A stretch of 64,000 nucleotides of DNA. Source: an uncultured Chloroflexia bacterium (GTDB lineage Bacteria; Chloroflexota; Dehalococcoidia; SM23-28-2; RBG-16-64-32). Of this stretch, positions 51,436 to 60,982 are shown in pieces; within the stretch, counting starts at the first letter, position 1; every line of letters begins with the position of its first letter. The notes below the pieces were generated by a model, which did not search any database, was not told the DNA's origin, and saw only the letters and a program-made list of their open reading frames with translations. Location: NCBI GenBank assembly GCA_963738925.1, contig CAVTYE010000001.1, forward strand, positions 770,159 through 834,158, given 5' to 3'. A program made the position numbers and the translations under genes.

Positions 51436-51942
51436 ATGGAAGAGCGGCTCAAGCACTGGAGACTCGCCCCCGGGGGTTACCACGCGCTCCTCGGCGTTGA
51501 CCGCTACGTCTACGACAGCGGCCTCGAACACTCGCTGCTGGAGCTGGTCAAGCTGCGCGCTTCACAGATCAACGGCTGCGCCTACTGCATCGACATGCAC
51601 TGGAAGGACGCCCGCGCCGGCGGGGAGACAGAGCAGCGCCTCTACTCGCTCAACGCCTGGCGGGAAGCGCCGTTCTACACGGACCGTGAGCGCGCCGCCC
51701 TGGACTGGACGGAGGCGCTGACCCTGATCTCGGAGACCCACGCCCCGGACGAGACGTACGCCGCGGTCCGGGCCCAGTTCAGCGAGAAGGAGACCGTCGA
51801 TCTCTCGCTGGCCATCGCCATGATCAACGCCTGGAACCGGATGAGCATCTCCATGCGCGCCCCTGAGGCCGGCATCTACGACCCCAGCCGCCGCAAGCAG
51901 GCCCCATCAGCGGCCCCGGCAAAGGCGTTGGGTGGCGACTGA
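51436..51942 (+). CDS. carboxymuconolactone decarboxylase (AhpD-like) family protein
   Basis: CxxC-H motif GCAYCIDMH. Confidence 0.75.
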   Translation: MEERLKHWRLAPGGYHALLGVDRYVYDSGLEHSLLELVKLRASQINGCAYCIDMHWKDARAGGETEQRLYSLNAWREAPFYTDRERAALDWTEALTLISETHAPDETYAAVRAQFSEKETVDLSLAIAMINAWNRMSISMRAPEAGIYDPSRRKQAPSAAPAKALGGD

Positions 51943-52063
51943 CTTCGGACTGACCCGGCCGCTATCCGCACACTCTTGACGCGACCGCGCCAGCCGCATA
52001 ATTTGGGGCTGCCATCCACAGCCACATCCCCGTCCTTGATGCCGCAGACCGGAGACAAGCCCA

Positions 52064-52312
52064 ATGCAAGACCCGGCGCTGGCCTTCATCCTTGAAGAGG
52101 CCCTGGCGCTGCTCGACGCCGGCGAAGCACCGGAGTCGATCATCGAACGCTTCCCGGAGGCGGCGGCGAAACTGAGGCCACTGCTCGATCTCGCCGGCAC
52201 CCTCAAGGAGACCGCCGAAGACGCGATCGAGGTGCCCATGGAAGCGCTGGAGGAGATCGGGGACTTTCTCCAGGAGCACTTTGACGAAGTGCTCGAACAT
52301 CGCACAGACTAG
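52064..52312 (+). CDS. small acidic hypothetical protein
   Basis: 82-aa ORF, codon usage consistent with the surrounding genes. No motif. Confidence 0.3.
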   Translation: MQDPALAFILEEALALLDAGEAPESIIERFPEAAAKLRPLLDLAGTLKETAEDAIEVPMEALEEIGDFLQEHFDEVLEHRTD

Positions 52313-52317
52313 GCGGC

Positions 52318-52812
52318 ATGGACCGCGTCGCAATCCAGGACCTCTACGACTATAACGGCTTCGCCTGGGAGCAGATCGCCGGAACCATCGCCGAAGCAGG
52401 CGAAGAGATCCTCGCCAGGAAAGTCCGGGGCTCCGGCTGGCCCGCCCTGGGTGATTGCCTGGCCCACATGGGTTTCGCCTACGACGTCTGGGTGACGAGG
52501 CTCAACGGCGCCGAGATGCTGGAGTTTCCCAAAGACCCCTCGTGGCCCCAGATCCAGGCCTACTGGCAGACCGTGCGTGAGCGCTTCAAGTCATACCTGG
52601 ACAGCTTGAGCGACGAACAGCTCCACACCGTGCGCGACATCGATGCTTTCGGCGGCACGCTGCGCTATCCGCCGGCCGACATCCTGGCCAACGTCGTCAC
52701 GCACGACGTTGCGCACCTGGGCGACGTGTCCACGCTTCTCTACCAGATGGGGCTGGAGATGCCTTCCGTGGCGTATCGGTTTTACACGGAGGCCAAATAT
52801 GAGTATTCTTGA
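52318..52812 (+). CDS. DinB-family (DUF664-like) protein
   Basis: 164 aa with DinB_2-type conserved His residues. Confidence 0.5.
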   Translation: MDRVAIQDLYDYNGFAWEQIAGTIAEAGEEILARKVRGSGWPALGDCLAHMGFAYDVWVTRLNGAEMLEFPKDPSWPQIQAYWQTVRERFKSYLDSLSDEQLHTVRDIDAFGGTLRYPPADILANVVTHDVAHLGDVSTLLYQMGLEMPSVAYRFYTEAKYEYS

Positions 52813-52838
52813 CGCGAAGCGGCTTATCAACATACAAT
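52809..52838 (+). promoter_or_regulatory. sigma70-like promoter TTGACG-N18-TACAAT upstream of the sulfite reductase gene
   Basis: A near-consensus -35/-10 pair in an otherwise high-GC genome, 43 bp upstream of the sir ATG. Confidence 0.35.
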
Positions 52839-52880
52839 TCTGACTAATCGGACTGACAAAGTCGACTTCAAAGGCGCGCT

Positions 52881-54704
52881 ATGACTGTTCAAGAGAAACC
52901 CTTCACCTTCGACGCTCACCCCAAGGTACCGGTGGACCTGCGGCCCGGCCGCATCTTCGTCACCCTTGACGAAGAGATCGACAACTACGAGATCGAAGCG
53001 GACCGCTACCGCGCCAACCGCGAAGAGCTGGAGGGCGAGTTCACCCCGTTCCGCCTGCGCATGGGCACCTACGGCCAGCGCCAGATGGACCAGCAGATGA
53101 TGCGGATCAAGCTCCCCTACGGCGGCATCGACGCCGACCAGATGGACGTTATGGCCGAGATCGCCGAGAAGTACTCCGGCCTCCGCCGCGGCCACATCAC
53201 CACCAGGGAGAACATCCAGTTTCACTTTGTCGACCTGATCAAGGCCGGCGACGTCATGCGCCTGCTCACCGGCGTTGGCCTGACCACGCGCGAGGCCTGC
53301 GGGCACACCGTCCGCAACGTCACGGCCTGCCCCTACGCCGGCGTCTCCGACCACGAGCTGTTCGACGTGACGCCGTACCTGGCGGCCTACGCCCGCAACA
53401 TGCTGCGCAACCCGATCTGCCAGAACATGCCGCGCAAGTGGAAGACCTCGTTCTCCTGTGGCCCGGTGGACTGCGCCGGCAGCCTCTTCCACGACATGGG
53501 CTTCGTCGCCGCCGTCAAGACCGAGGGCGGCAAGGAAGTCCGCGGCTTCAAGATGGTGGTTGGCGGCGGCACCTCCACGATGGCGCGCAAGGCTGAGACC
53601 CTCTACGAATTCGTAACCGCCGACGACGGACGCTACATCCGCGTCGCCGAAGCCGCACTCAAGGTGTTCGACAAGGAGGGTGGCTTCCCGCAGCTCCTGC
53701 GCAAAAACATGAACAAGGCGCGCGTCAAGTTCCTGGTCCAGAAGATCGGCATCGAAGAGTTCCGCCGCCAGGTCGAAGAAGAGCTGGCCGAGCCCTGGGC
53801 CGACGAGCCCCTGGACATGCACGCCCTGATGCAGCTGGCCCCGGAAGGCCCCACCCCCGGCGAAGCGCCCAACGGCATCCGCCCGGGCCCCGACTTCGAC
53901 CGCTGGGTCAAGACGAACGTCATCAAGCAGCGCCAGCCCGGCTACGTCGCCGTCACGATCACGGTGCCGATGGGCAACCTCTCCCCGGAGCAGTTCCGCG
54001 GTCTCGCCACGCTGATGCGGCGCTTCGCCGGCGGCAACGCCCGGACCCAGCAGAACCAGAACCTGGTCCTCCGCTGGGTGCGAGAAGAGGGGCTGCCTGC
54101 GCTCCACGCCGGCCTCAAGGAGCAGGGCCTCGGCGCGGCCGACGCCGGCTTCATCGCCGATACTGTCGCCTGCCCGGGCACAGACTCCTGCAAGATGGGC
54201 ATCACCTCCTCCCAGGGAGTCGGCTACGCGATCCGCGAGGCCGTCGAAACCTGGGGCTACGACGACGACCAGCTCGTCCAGAACATCAACATCAAGGCCA
54301 GCGGCTGCCCCAACGGCTGCGCCCAGCACCACCTGGCGGCGATCGGCCTGCAGGGCTCATCGTTCACCGCCAACGGCACCTCGATCCCCTGCTTCGATAT
54401 CTCGCTGGGCGGCGGCAACTACAACACGGAGGGCGGCGGCAAGTTCGGCGTCCGCGTCGCCCGCGTCCCTTCCAAGCGCGCACCGCTGGCGATCAAGAAG
54501 CTGATCGATCACTACGTAGCCAACCGCGAAAACGGCGAAGAGTTCGTGGCTTTCGTGGACCGCGTCGGCGCCAAGACGCTCGACCCGCTACTGGACGAGT
54601 TCAAGGAAGTCGGCCCGATCCACGAGGACATCCAGATGTACATGGACTGGGGCAAGGAAGAGCTCTTCGAGGTGGTCCGCGGCGAAGGCGAGTGCTCGGT
54701 CTAA
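52881..54704 (+). CDS. sir: assimilatory sulfite reductase (ferredoxin-dependent, siroheme/4Fe-4S hemoprotein)
   Basis: 607-aa monomeric NiR/SiR-type protein with a Cys cluster (CGHT...C...C). Confidence 0.85.
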   Translation: MTVQEKPFTFDAHPKVPVDLRPGRIFVTLDEEIDNYEIEADRYRANREELEGEFTPFRLRMGTYGQRQMDQQMMRIKLPYGGIDADQMDVMAEIAEKYSGLRRGHITTRENIQFHFVDLIKAGDVMRLLTGVGLTTREACGHTVRNVTACPYAGVSDHELFDVTPYLAAYARNMLRNPICQNMPRKWKTSFSCGPVDCAGSLFHDMGFVAAVKTEGGKEVRGFKMVVGGGTSTMARKAETLYEFVTADDGRYIRVAEAALKVFDKEGGFPQLLRKNMNKARVKFLVQKIGIEEFRRQVEEELAEPWADEPLDMHALMQLAPEGPTPGEAPNGIRPGPDFDRWVKTNVIKQRQPGYVAVTITVPMGNLSPEQFRGLATLMRRFAGGNARTQQNQNLVLRWVREEGLPALHAGLKEQGLGAADAGFIADTVACPGTDSCKMGITSSQGVGYAIREAVETWGYDDDQLVQNINIKASGCPNGCAQHHLAAIGLQGSSFTANGTSIPCFDISLGGGNYNTEGGGKFGVRVARVPSKRAPLAIKKLIDHYVANRENGEEFVAFVDRVGAKTLDPLLDEFKEVGPIHEDIQMYMDWGKEELFEVVRGEGECSV

Positions 54705-54793
54705 ATATGAGATGCGAGGTGTGAAAGCCCCGCGCCGCCCTGCGATGACCGGCGACCAAACAAGCAATAAATATCGGGAGGACAAACAAGGAA

Positions 54794-55516
54794 ATGAAGG
54801 AAGCAGTTAAGTACACGGCTGCGGACGTCGATGCGCTGAACGCTGAGCTGGGCGGCAAGTCGGCCGAAGAGATCGTCCGCTGGGCCGGGCAGGCTTTCGG
54901 GTCAGACATCAAGTTCGCCAACAGCTTCGGGGCGGAAGACGTCGTGATGATGGACATCATCGCGCGCATCTCCCCGAACATCCGCGTCTTCACCCTGGAC
55001 ACCGGCCGCCTCAACGACGAGACCTACGAGGTGATGGAGGCGACGCGGTTCAAGTACCCGGACATCAAGATCGAAGTCATGTTCCCGGACGCCGCCAAGG
55101 TCGAAGGGCTGACCCGCGAGAAGGGCTTCTTCTCCTTCCGCGACAGCGTTGAGTTGCGCAAGGAGTGCTGCGCCATCCGCAAGGTGCAACCGCTAAAGCG
55201 CGCCCTGTCCGACGCCAGCTCCTGGATGACCGGCCTGCGGCGAGATCAGTCCGTCACCCGCACCGACACCCCGGCCATCGAGTGGGACGAGGGCAACGGC
55301 ATGGTGAAGGTGAACCCGATCATCGAGTGGTCCAACGACGACGTCTGGGCCTACATCAAGACGAACAAGATCCCCTACAACAAGCTGCACGACAAGGGCT
55401 TCCCCAGCATCGGCTGCGCACCCTGCACCCGCGCCATCAAGCCCGGCGAGGACATCCGCGCCGGGCGCTGGTGGTGGGAGAACCCAGAGTTCAAGGAGTG
55501 CGGTCTGCACGAGTAG
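54794..55516 (+). CDS. cysH: adenylyl-sulfate (APS) reductase, Fe-S type CysH
   Basis: PAPS-reductase fold with CC...CxxC cluster ligands ([13 protein letters not shown]), indicating an APS-utilising enzyme. Confidence 0.85.
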   Translation: MKEAVKYTAADVDALNAELGGKSAEEIVRWAGQAFGSDIKFANSFGAEDVVMMDIIARISPNIRVFTLDTGRLNDETYEVMEATRFKYPDIKIEVMFPDAAKVEGLTREKGFFSFRDSVELRKECCAIRKVQPLKRALSDASSWMTGLRRDQSVTRTDTPAIEWDEGNGMVKVNPIIEWSNDDVWAYIKTNKIPYNKLHDKGFPSIGCAPCTRAIKPGEDIRAGRWWWENPEFKECGLHE

Positions 55517-55595
55517 CCCAAGCGTTTCAAGTCAACGAACGCATGTAGAGACGCCCCCCGGGGCGTCTCTATGGCGTAACTGGAATGGACAACAC

Positions 55596-56783
55596 ATGAC
55601 ACCCGGTGAAACAAATCCTGCCCACGGCGGGCGCCTGATCGACCTGGTGGCCGGCGGCAGCGAGGCGCAGGCCCTGCGCGAGCAGACGGCGAAGATGCCC
55701 GCCGTCACGCTCAACTCGCGGACGCTGTCAGACCTGGAGCTCCTGGCCGTCGGCGGCTACAGCCCGCTGGAAGGCTTCATGACCCAGGCCGACTACCGCG
55801 CCGTCGTCGATGGCATGCACCTGGCGGACGGGCTGCCCTGGTCGATGCCGATCACCCTCGCCGTCAGCGACGAAGAGGCGCAGTCGATCAGCGAGGGCGA
55901 CGACATCGCCCTAGCCGATGAGACCGGCCGCATCCTGGCCTCGATGCACGTGCGTGAGAAGTTCGGCTACGACAAGCGAGTCGAGGCGGAGAACGTCTAC
56001 CGCACCGAAGACGAAAAGCACCCCGGCGTGGCCGCCCTCTACGCGCAGGGCGACGTCCTGCTCGGCGGGCCGGTGCGGGTGCTGGAAGTCCCGGGGCACG
56101 ACGACTTCCCGGAATACCGGCTGACCCCGGCGCAGACCCGGGCCGCCTTCGCTGAGCGCGGCTGGCGCACGATCGTCGGCTTCCAGACGCGGAACCCCGT
56201 GCACCGCGCCCACGAGTACATCCAGAAGGCGGCGATGGAGATCGTCGACGGCCTGCTGCTGCACCCGCTGGTCGGCGACACCAAGTCCGACGACATCCCC
56301 GCCGACGTGCGGATGCGCTGCTACGAGGTCCTGATCGAGAACTACTACCCGGCCGGCCGCGTCGTCCTCTCCGTGAACCCGGCGGCGATGCGCTACGCCG
56401 GCCCACGCGAGGCGATCTTCCACGCGCTGGTGCGCAAGAACTTCGGCTGCACCCACTTCATCGTTGGCCGTGACCACGCCGGCGTCGGCAACTACTACGG
56501 GACCTTCGATGCCCAGCTCATCTTCAACGAGTTCGATTCCCAGGCGCTGGGCATCGTGCCGCTGATGTTCGAGCACTCCTTCTACTGCAAGAAATGCGAC
56601 GGGCTGGCCAGCGTCAAGACCTGCCCCCACGACGCCGAGTCCCGCGTCAGCCTCTCCGGCACCCAGGTGCGCGACATGCTGAAAGGCGGGATCGCGCCGC
56701 CGCCGGAGTTCTCGCGCCCGGAAGTAGCCGAAGTGCTGATCAAGGCGATGCAGGACCACGCGACGCCGCACCATGCGATCTGA
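55596..56783 (+). CDS. sat: sulfate adenylyltransferase (ATP sulfurylase)
   Basis: QTRN and GRDHAG motifs. Confidence 0.9.
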   Translation: MTPGETNPAHGGRLIDLVAGGSEAQALREQTAKMPAVTLNSRTLSDLELLAVGGYSPLEGFMTQADYRAVVDGMHLADGLPWSMPITLAVSDEEAQSISEGDDIALADETGRILASMHVREKFGYDKRVEAENVYRTEDEKHPGVAALYAQGDVLLGGPVRVLEVPGHDDFPEYRLTPAQTRAAFAERGWRTIVGFQTRNPVHRAHEYIQKAAMEIVDGLLLHPLVGDTKSDDIPADVRMRCYEVLIENYYPAGRVVLSVNPAAMRYAGPREAIFHALVRKNFGCTHFIVGRDHAGVGNYYGTFDAQLIFNEFDSQALGIVPLMFEHSFYCKKCDGLASVKTCPHDAESRVSLSGTQVRDMLKGGIAPPPEFSRPEVAEVLIKAMQDHATPHHAI

Positions 56784-56792
56784 TGGGCGCAC

Positions 56793-56809
56793 ATACCCCA
56801 CCGGGGTAT
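56793..56809. promoter_or_regulatory. perfect palindrome ATACCCC-ACC-GGGGTAT overlapping a TACAAT -10-like element, upstream of rrf2
   Basis: 7-bp arms. Shares the 11-mer CCCCACCGGGG with the site upstream of csoR. TACAAT at 56813-56818. Confidence 0.4.
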
Positions 56810-56843
56810 GCTACAATGTTGACGGAGATTATCGGGAATAGGG

Positions 56844-57287
56844 ATGAAAGTATCGACAAAGGGTGACTACGGCATCCGCGCTCTGATTGAGCTGGCGCAC
56901 CACTACGGTGAGGTCCGGCCGACTCAGAGCAGCGAGATCGCTGCGCGCCAGAAAGTGCCGGAATCGTACCTGGAGCAGCTGCTGACGACGCTGCGCCGGG
57001 CCGGCTTCATTCGCAGCGTGCGCGGCCCCCAGGGCGGCCACGCCCTGGTCCGCGACCCGCGTGACCTGCGTGTCTCCGAGGTGATCGAGGCGCTGGAGGG
57101 GCCGATCATGCCCAGCGATTGCCTGGACGACGGCGGCGCCTGCGCCAAGGGGGGCGGCTGCGCCCAATCGGACATGTGGGCCTCCGTCCGCGAAGCGATC
57201 CTCGGCGTCCTGGACACGACAACCATCGCCGACCTGGCAGCACTGGACCGGGCGGCCCAACCAGTCGGCGCCCGGTACAACATTTAG
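56844..57287 (+). CDS. Rrf2-family transcriptional regulator (IscR/CymR-like, three-Cys type)
   Basis: N-terminal HTH (KGDYGIRALIELA...) and a C-terminal C-x6-C-x5-C cluster. Confidence 0.8.
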   Translation: MKVSTKGDYGIRALIELAHHYGEVRPTQSSEIAARQKVPESYLEQLLTTLRRAGFIRSVRGPQGGHALVRDPRDLRVSEVIEALEGPIMPSDCLDDGGACAKGGGCAQSDMWASVREAILGVLDTTTIADLAALDRAAQPVGARYNI

Positions 57288-57296
57288 GAGCAAAGA

Positions 57297-58220
57297 ATGG
57301 GCCAGAAGATAGCAGACAGCGTCCTCGACCTCGTCGGCAAGACGCCGATGGTCCGCCTCAGGCGGATCGTCCCGGCCGGATCGGCGGAAGTCCTGGGCAA
57401 GATGGAGTCGTTGAACCCGGCGGGCAGCGTCAAGGACCGCATCGCCCTCAACATGATCGAAGCGGCGGAGCGCGAAGGAAAGCTGAAGCCCGGCGACACG
57501 ATCATTGAGCCGACCAGCGGCAACACCGGCATCGGCCTGGCCATGGTCGCCGCCGTTAAAGGCTACAAGCTGGTCGTGACGATGCCGGAAGACATGAGCC
57601 TGGCCCGGCGCGACCTCCTGGCCCGCTACGGCGCCGAAGTCGTCCTGACGCCGGCGATCGAAGGCATGACCGGCGCCGTCTACGCAGCGCAGGAGCTGAT
57701 CGCCAAGAACAGCCAGCTACTTCATGTGCCAGCAGTTCGAAAACGCCGCCAACCCGGATATCCACCGACGCACAACCGCGCTCGGAGATCCTGGAGGCGA
57801 CCGAGGGCCGCCTCGACGCGTTCGTCGCCGGCGTCGGCACCGGCGGCACGATCACCGGCGTCGGCGAGGTGCTGCGCGAAAAGCTCGGCGCCGCGCTGCT
57901 GATCGTCGCGGTGGAGCCCTCGCGTTCGCCGGTCCTGGAAGGCGGCCGCGCCGGGGTCCACGCGATCCAGGGCATCGGCGCCAGCTTCGTGCCGGGCGTG
58001 CTGAACCGCGAGGTCTACAACGAGATCATCGCCGTCACCGACGAGGACGCGATCGAGATTTCGCGCCGGCTCTGTCGAGAGGAGGGGATGCTGGTCGGCA
58101 TCTCCGCCGGGGCCAACGTCTGGGCGGCCGATCAAAGTGGCCAAGCGCCTGGGCGCCGGCAAGCGCGTCGTGACTGTGCTTCGCGATACCGGTGAGCGAT
58201 ACTTGCAGATGGAGTCCTAA
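57297..58220 (+). pseudogene. cysK: cysteine synthase A (O-acetylserine sulfhydrylase), three +1 frameshifts in this sequence
   Basis: PLP lysine SVKDR, then in three further frames [24 protein letters not shown] and IKVAKRLGAGKRVVTVLRDTGERYLQMES. Each shift is a single inserted base. Confidence 0.8.
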
Positions 58221-58253
58221 AGTGCTGTCTGGATACAAAGATGAAAGTTAGCT

Positions 58254-59350
58254 GTGTACATCCCGACACCCTTCCGCCGCTTCGCGGGCAACCAGACCCG
58301 CGTCCACACGGAGGGCAACACCGTCGGCGAAGTGCTGGACCGGCTGGGCCAGGACTACCCTTCGCTGCGCAACATGATCTACGACGAGAAAGACGAGATC
58401 CCGGGCCACATCAACATCTACCTCAACAACACCGAGATCCACACGCTCCAGGGCAAGGCCACCATCGTCCACGACGGCGACGAGATGGCCGTGATCCCGG
58501 CCATCGCCGGCGGCGCCACGGCCCTGACCCCCGACCAGGTGGAGCGCTACTCGCGGCACATCATCATGCCGCAGGTCGGCCCTTCCGGGCAGCGCAAGCT
58601 GATGGAGGCGAAGGTGCTGATCGTCGGCGCGGGCGGCCTCGGCGGGCCGGCGGCGCTGTACCTGGCGCTGGCCGGCGTCGGCACCATCGGCATCGTCGAC
58701 TTCGACACCGTCGACCTCTCCAACCTGCAGCGGCAGGTGCTGCACCAGACCGCCGACGTCGGCAAGTCCAAGGCTCAGTCGGCCAAGGAGACCCTGAACG
58801 CCTACAACCCGGACGTCAAGGTGGTGCTGCACGAGACGCCGCTCACCTCCGACAACGCGATGGAGATCATCCCCCAGTACGACATCGTCGTGAACGGCGC
58901 CGACAACTTCACCACCCGCTACCTGGTCAACGACGCCGCGTACTTCGCCGGCAAGACGCTGGTGGACGGCAGCATCCTCCTCTTCGACGGGCAGGCCACG
59001 GTGTTCATGCCCGGCAAGGGCTGCTACCGCTGCCTCTTCCCCGCGCCGCCGCCGCCCGGCCTGGTGCCGAGCTGCGCCGAGGCCGGCGTCCTCGGCGCTC
59101 TGACCGGCATCATGGGCTCGATCCAGGCGACCGAGGCGATCAAGCATGATCCTGGAGATCGGCGAGCCGCTGGTCGGCCGCCTGCTCCTGGTCGATGCGC
59201 TGACGATGGAGTTCCGCGTCGTCAAGCTGCGGCGCGACCCGAAGTGCCCGCTCTGCGGCGACGACCCCGACGATCGAAGAGCTGATCGACTACGAAGGCT
59301 TCTGCGGTTCCCCGTTTCCCGGCGGCCACGAGGAACGGAGCCCAGCAGTC
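58254..59350 (+). pseudogene. moeZ: CysO/MoaD-like sulfur carrier fused to MoeB/MoeZ-type E1 adenylyltransferase, at least one frameshift near 59145. 3' end uncertain.
   Basis: N-terminal 87 aa ending AIAGG with HINIYLN. Continuous with RYSRHIIMPQVG and GAGGLGGP, then the CxxC...CPLCGDDP zinc motif in the next frame. No rhodanese domain. Confidence 0.6.
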
Positions 59351-59626
59351 ATGAGCATCAAAGTCAGCGTCACCGGCAGCATGCAGAAGGCGATCGGCGG
59401 CCAGAAGTCCGATCGAGGCGGAGGGCAGCACTGTCGCTCGCCGTCCTCGACGACGTCGATGCCAGGCATCCCGGCTTCAAGGACCTGGTGATGACGGAGG
59501 GCCGGCATCCATCGCTTCGTCAACATCTACCTGAACGATGAGGACGTCCGCTTCCTGGGCCAGCTCGACACCAAGCTGAAGGACGGCGACGTCCTCTCCG
59601 TCCTGCCCGCGCTCGCCGGCGGCTAG
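59351..59626 (+). pseudogene. cysO: sulfur carrier protein CysO, three +1 frameshifts in this sequence
   Basis: Conceptual repair gives MSIKVSVTGSMQKAIGGQKSIEAEGSTV-LAVLDDVDARHPGFKDLVMTEGR-IHRFVNIYLNDEDVRFLGQLDTKLKDGDVLSVLPALAGG, near-colinear with M. tuberculosis CysO. GGAGGAACGGAG RBS upstream. Confidence 0.7.
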
Positions 59627-59635
59627 CGAGACCCG

Positions 59636-60576
59636 ATGCTCGCTGAATCCATCCTCGATACGATCGGCAATACGCCGCTCGTCAAGCTGGCCAAGTTCAG
59701 CCCCAAGCCCGAGCGTCAACATCTACGCCAAGCTCGAGGGGCAGAACCCCACCGGCAGCGTCAAGGACCGCATCGCTGCTCTACATGATCCGCACGGCCG
59801 AGGCCAGCGGCGAGCTGACGCCCGACAAGACGGTGCTCGAGCCAACCAGCGGCAATACCGGCATCAGCCTGGCGATGGTCTGCCGGGCCAAGGGCTACCG
59901 GCTGGTCTGCGTCCTCCCAGACAACGTCACTGCCGAGCGCGAGTCGCTGTTGCGGGCCTTCGGCGCAGAGGTCGTCTACGCGGAGAACGCCACCAGCACC
60001 AACGACGCCGTCTTCAAGGCGCAGCGGATGCTGGCGGAGGACCCCGGCGCCTACTTCATGCCCTACCAGTACGGCAACGAGAACAACCCCCGCGCCCACT
60101 ACGAGACGACCGGCCCCGAGATCCTGCGCGACCTGCCGGAGATCGACATCTTCGTGGCCGGCCTGGGCACAGGTGGCACTTTGACCGGATGCGGCCACTT
60201 CCTGAAGGACAACCGGCCCGGCGTCAAGATCATCGCGGCGGTGCCCCACCCGGGCGACCTCGTGAGGGGCTGCGCGCTGTCGAGGAAGGGTTCATCCCGC
60301 CGGTGCTCGACGAGTCTGTGCTGGACGGCCGCATCGTCGTCGATTCGCTGGCGGCGTTTCGCGATGGCCAAAGAAGTGATGGAGAAAGAAGCGGTCTTCA
60401 CCGGCATCTCCGCCGGCGCGGTGCTGACCGTCGCCGTCCGCGCCGCCGAACGGCTGGAGCGCGGCAACGTCGTGGCGCTGCTGGCCGACGGCGGCTGGAA
60501 GTACCTCTCTACGGGTCTCTGGAGCCGCGACTACGGCGAGTCCCCGGAAGAGACGCAGGGCAAGATCTGGTGGTGA
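59636..60576 (+). pseudogene. cysM: CysM-type cysteine synthase (O-phosphoserine/CysO-thiocarboxylate dependent), about four indels in this sequence
   Basis: Segments [41 protein letters not shown]...EPTSGNTG and GLGTGGTLTG lie in alternating frames. Confidence 0.75.
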
Positions 60577-60602
60577 AAGGCTTCCGTTTTGGCCGGGCGC
60601 TG

Positions 60603-60980
60603 ATGTACGCGACGCTGGGCGCGCTGCTCGCCTTCGTCCTGGCGTCCTACCTCCTGATCGAAAACGGCGGCGCTACGATGCGCACGGTCCAGGAGCTGAG
60701 CCTCCACGACCTGACCAGCTCGCCCCAGAGCTACGACGGGCAGACGGTCATCACCAGCGGCACGCTTGTTCACAATGACGAGCTCGGCGTGTACGAGGTC
60801 GTCGATCCGGACGCCAACTTCCCGCTGGAGATCCGCAAGTTCGGCGAAGGCCTGCTTTCGGCCATGACCGGGAAGTCGGTCCGCGTCTCCGGCAAGTTTG
60901 GCAACAACGGCGGCATCCATATCGACGCGGACGACGTGCGCCTGGTCAGCGCCGGGACGCCCGGCCCGGACGGCGGCTAA
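60603..60980 (+). CDS. hypothetical small membrane-anchored protein
   Basis: One N-terminal TM helix, then a ~100-aa beta-rich domain. Sits between cysM and the JAMM protease gene. Confidence 0.4.
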   Translation: MYATLGALLAFVLASYLLIENGGATMRTVQELSLHDLTSSPQSYDGQTVITSGTLVHNDELGVYEVVDPDANFPLEIRKFGEGLLSAMTGKSVRVSGKFGNNGGIHIDADDVRLVSAGTPGPDGG

Positions 60981-60982
60981 CG

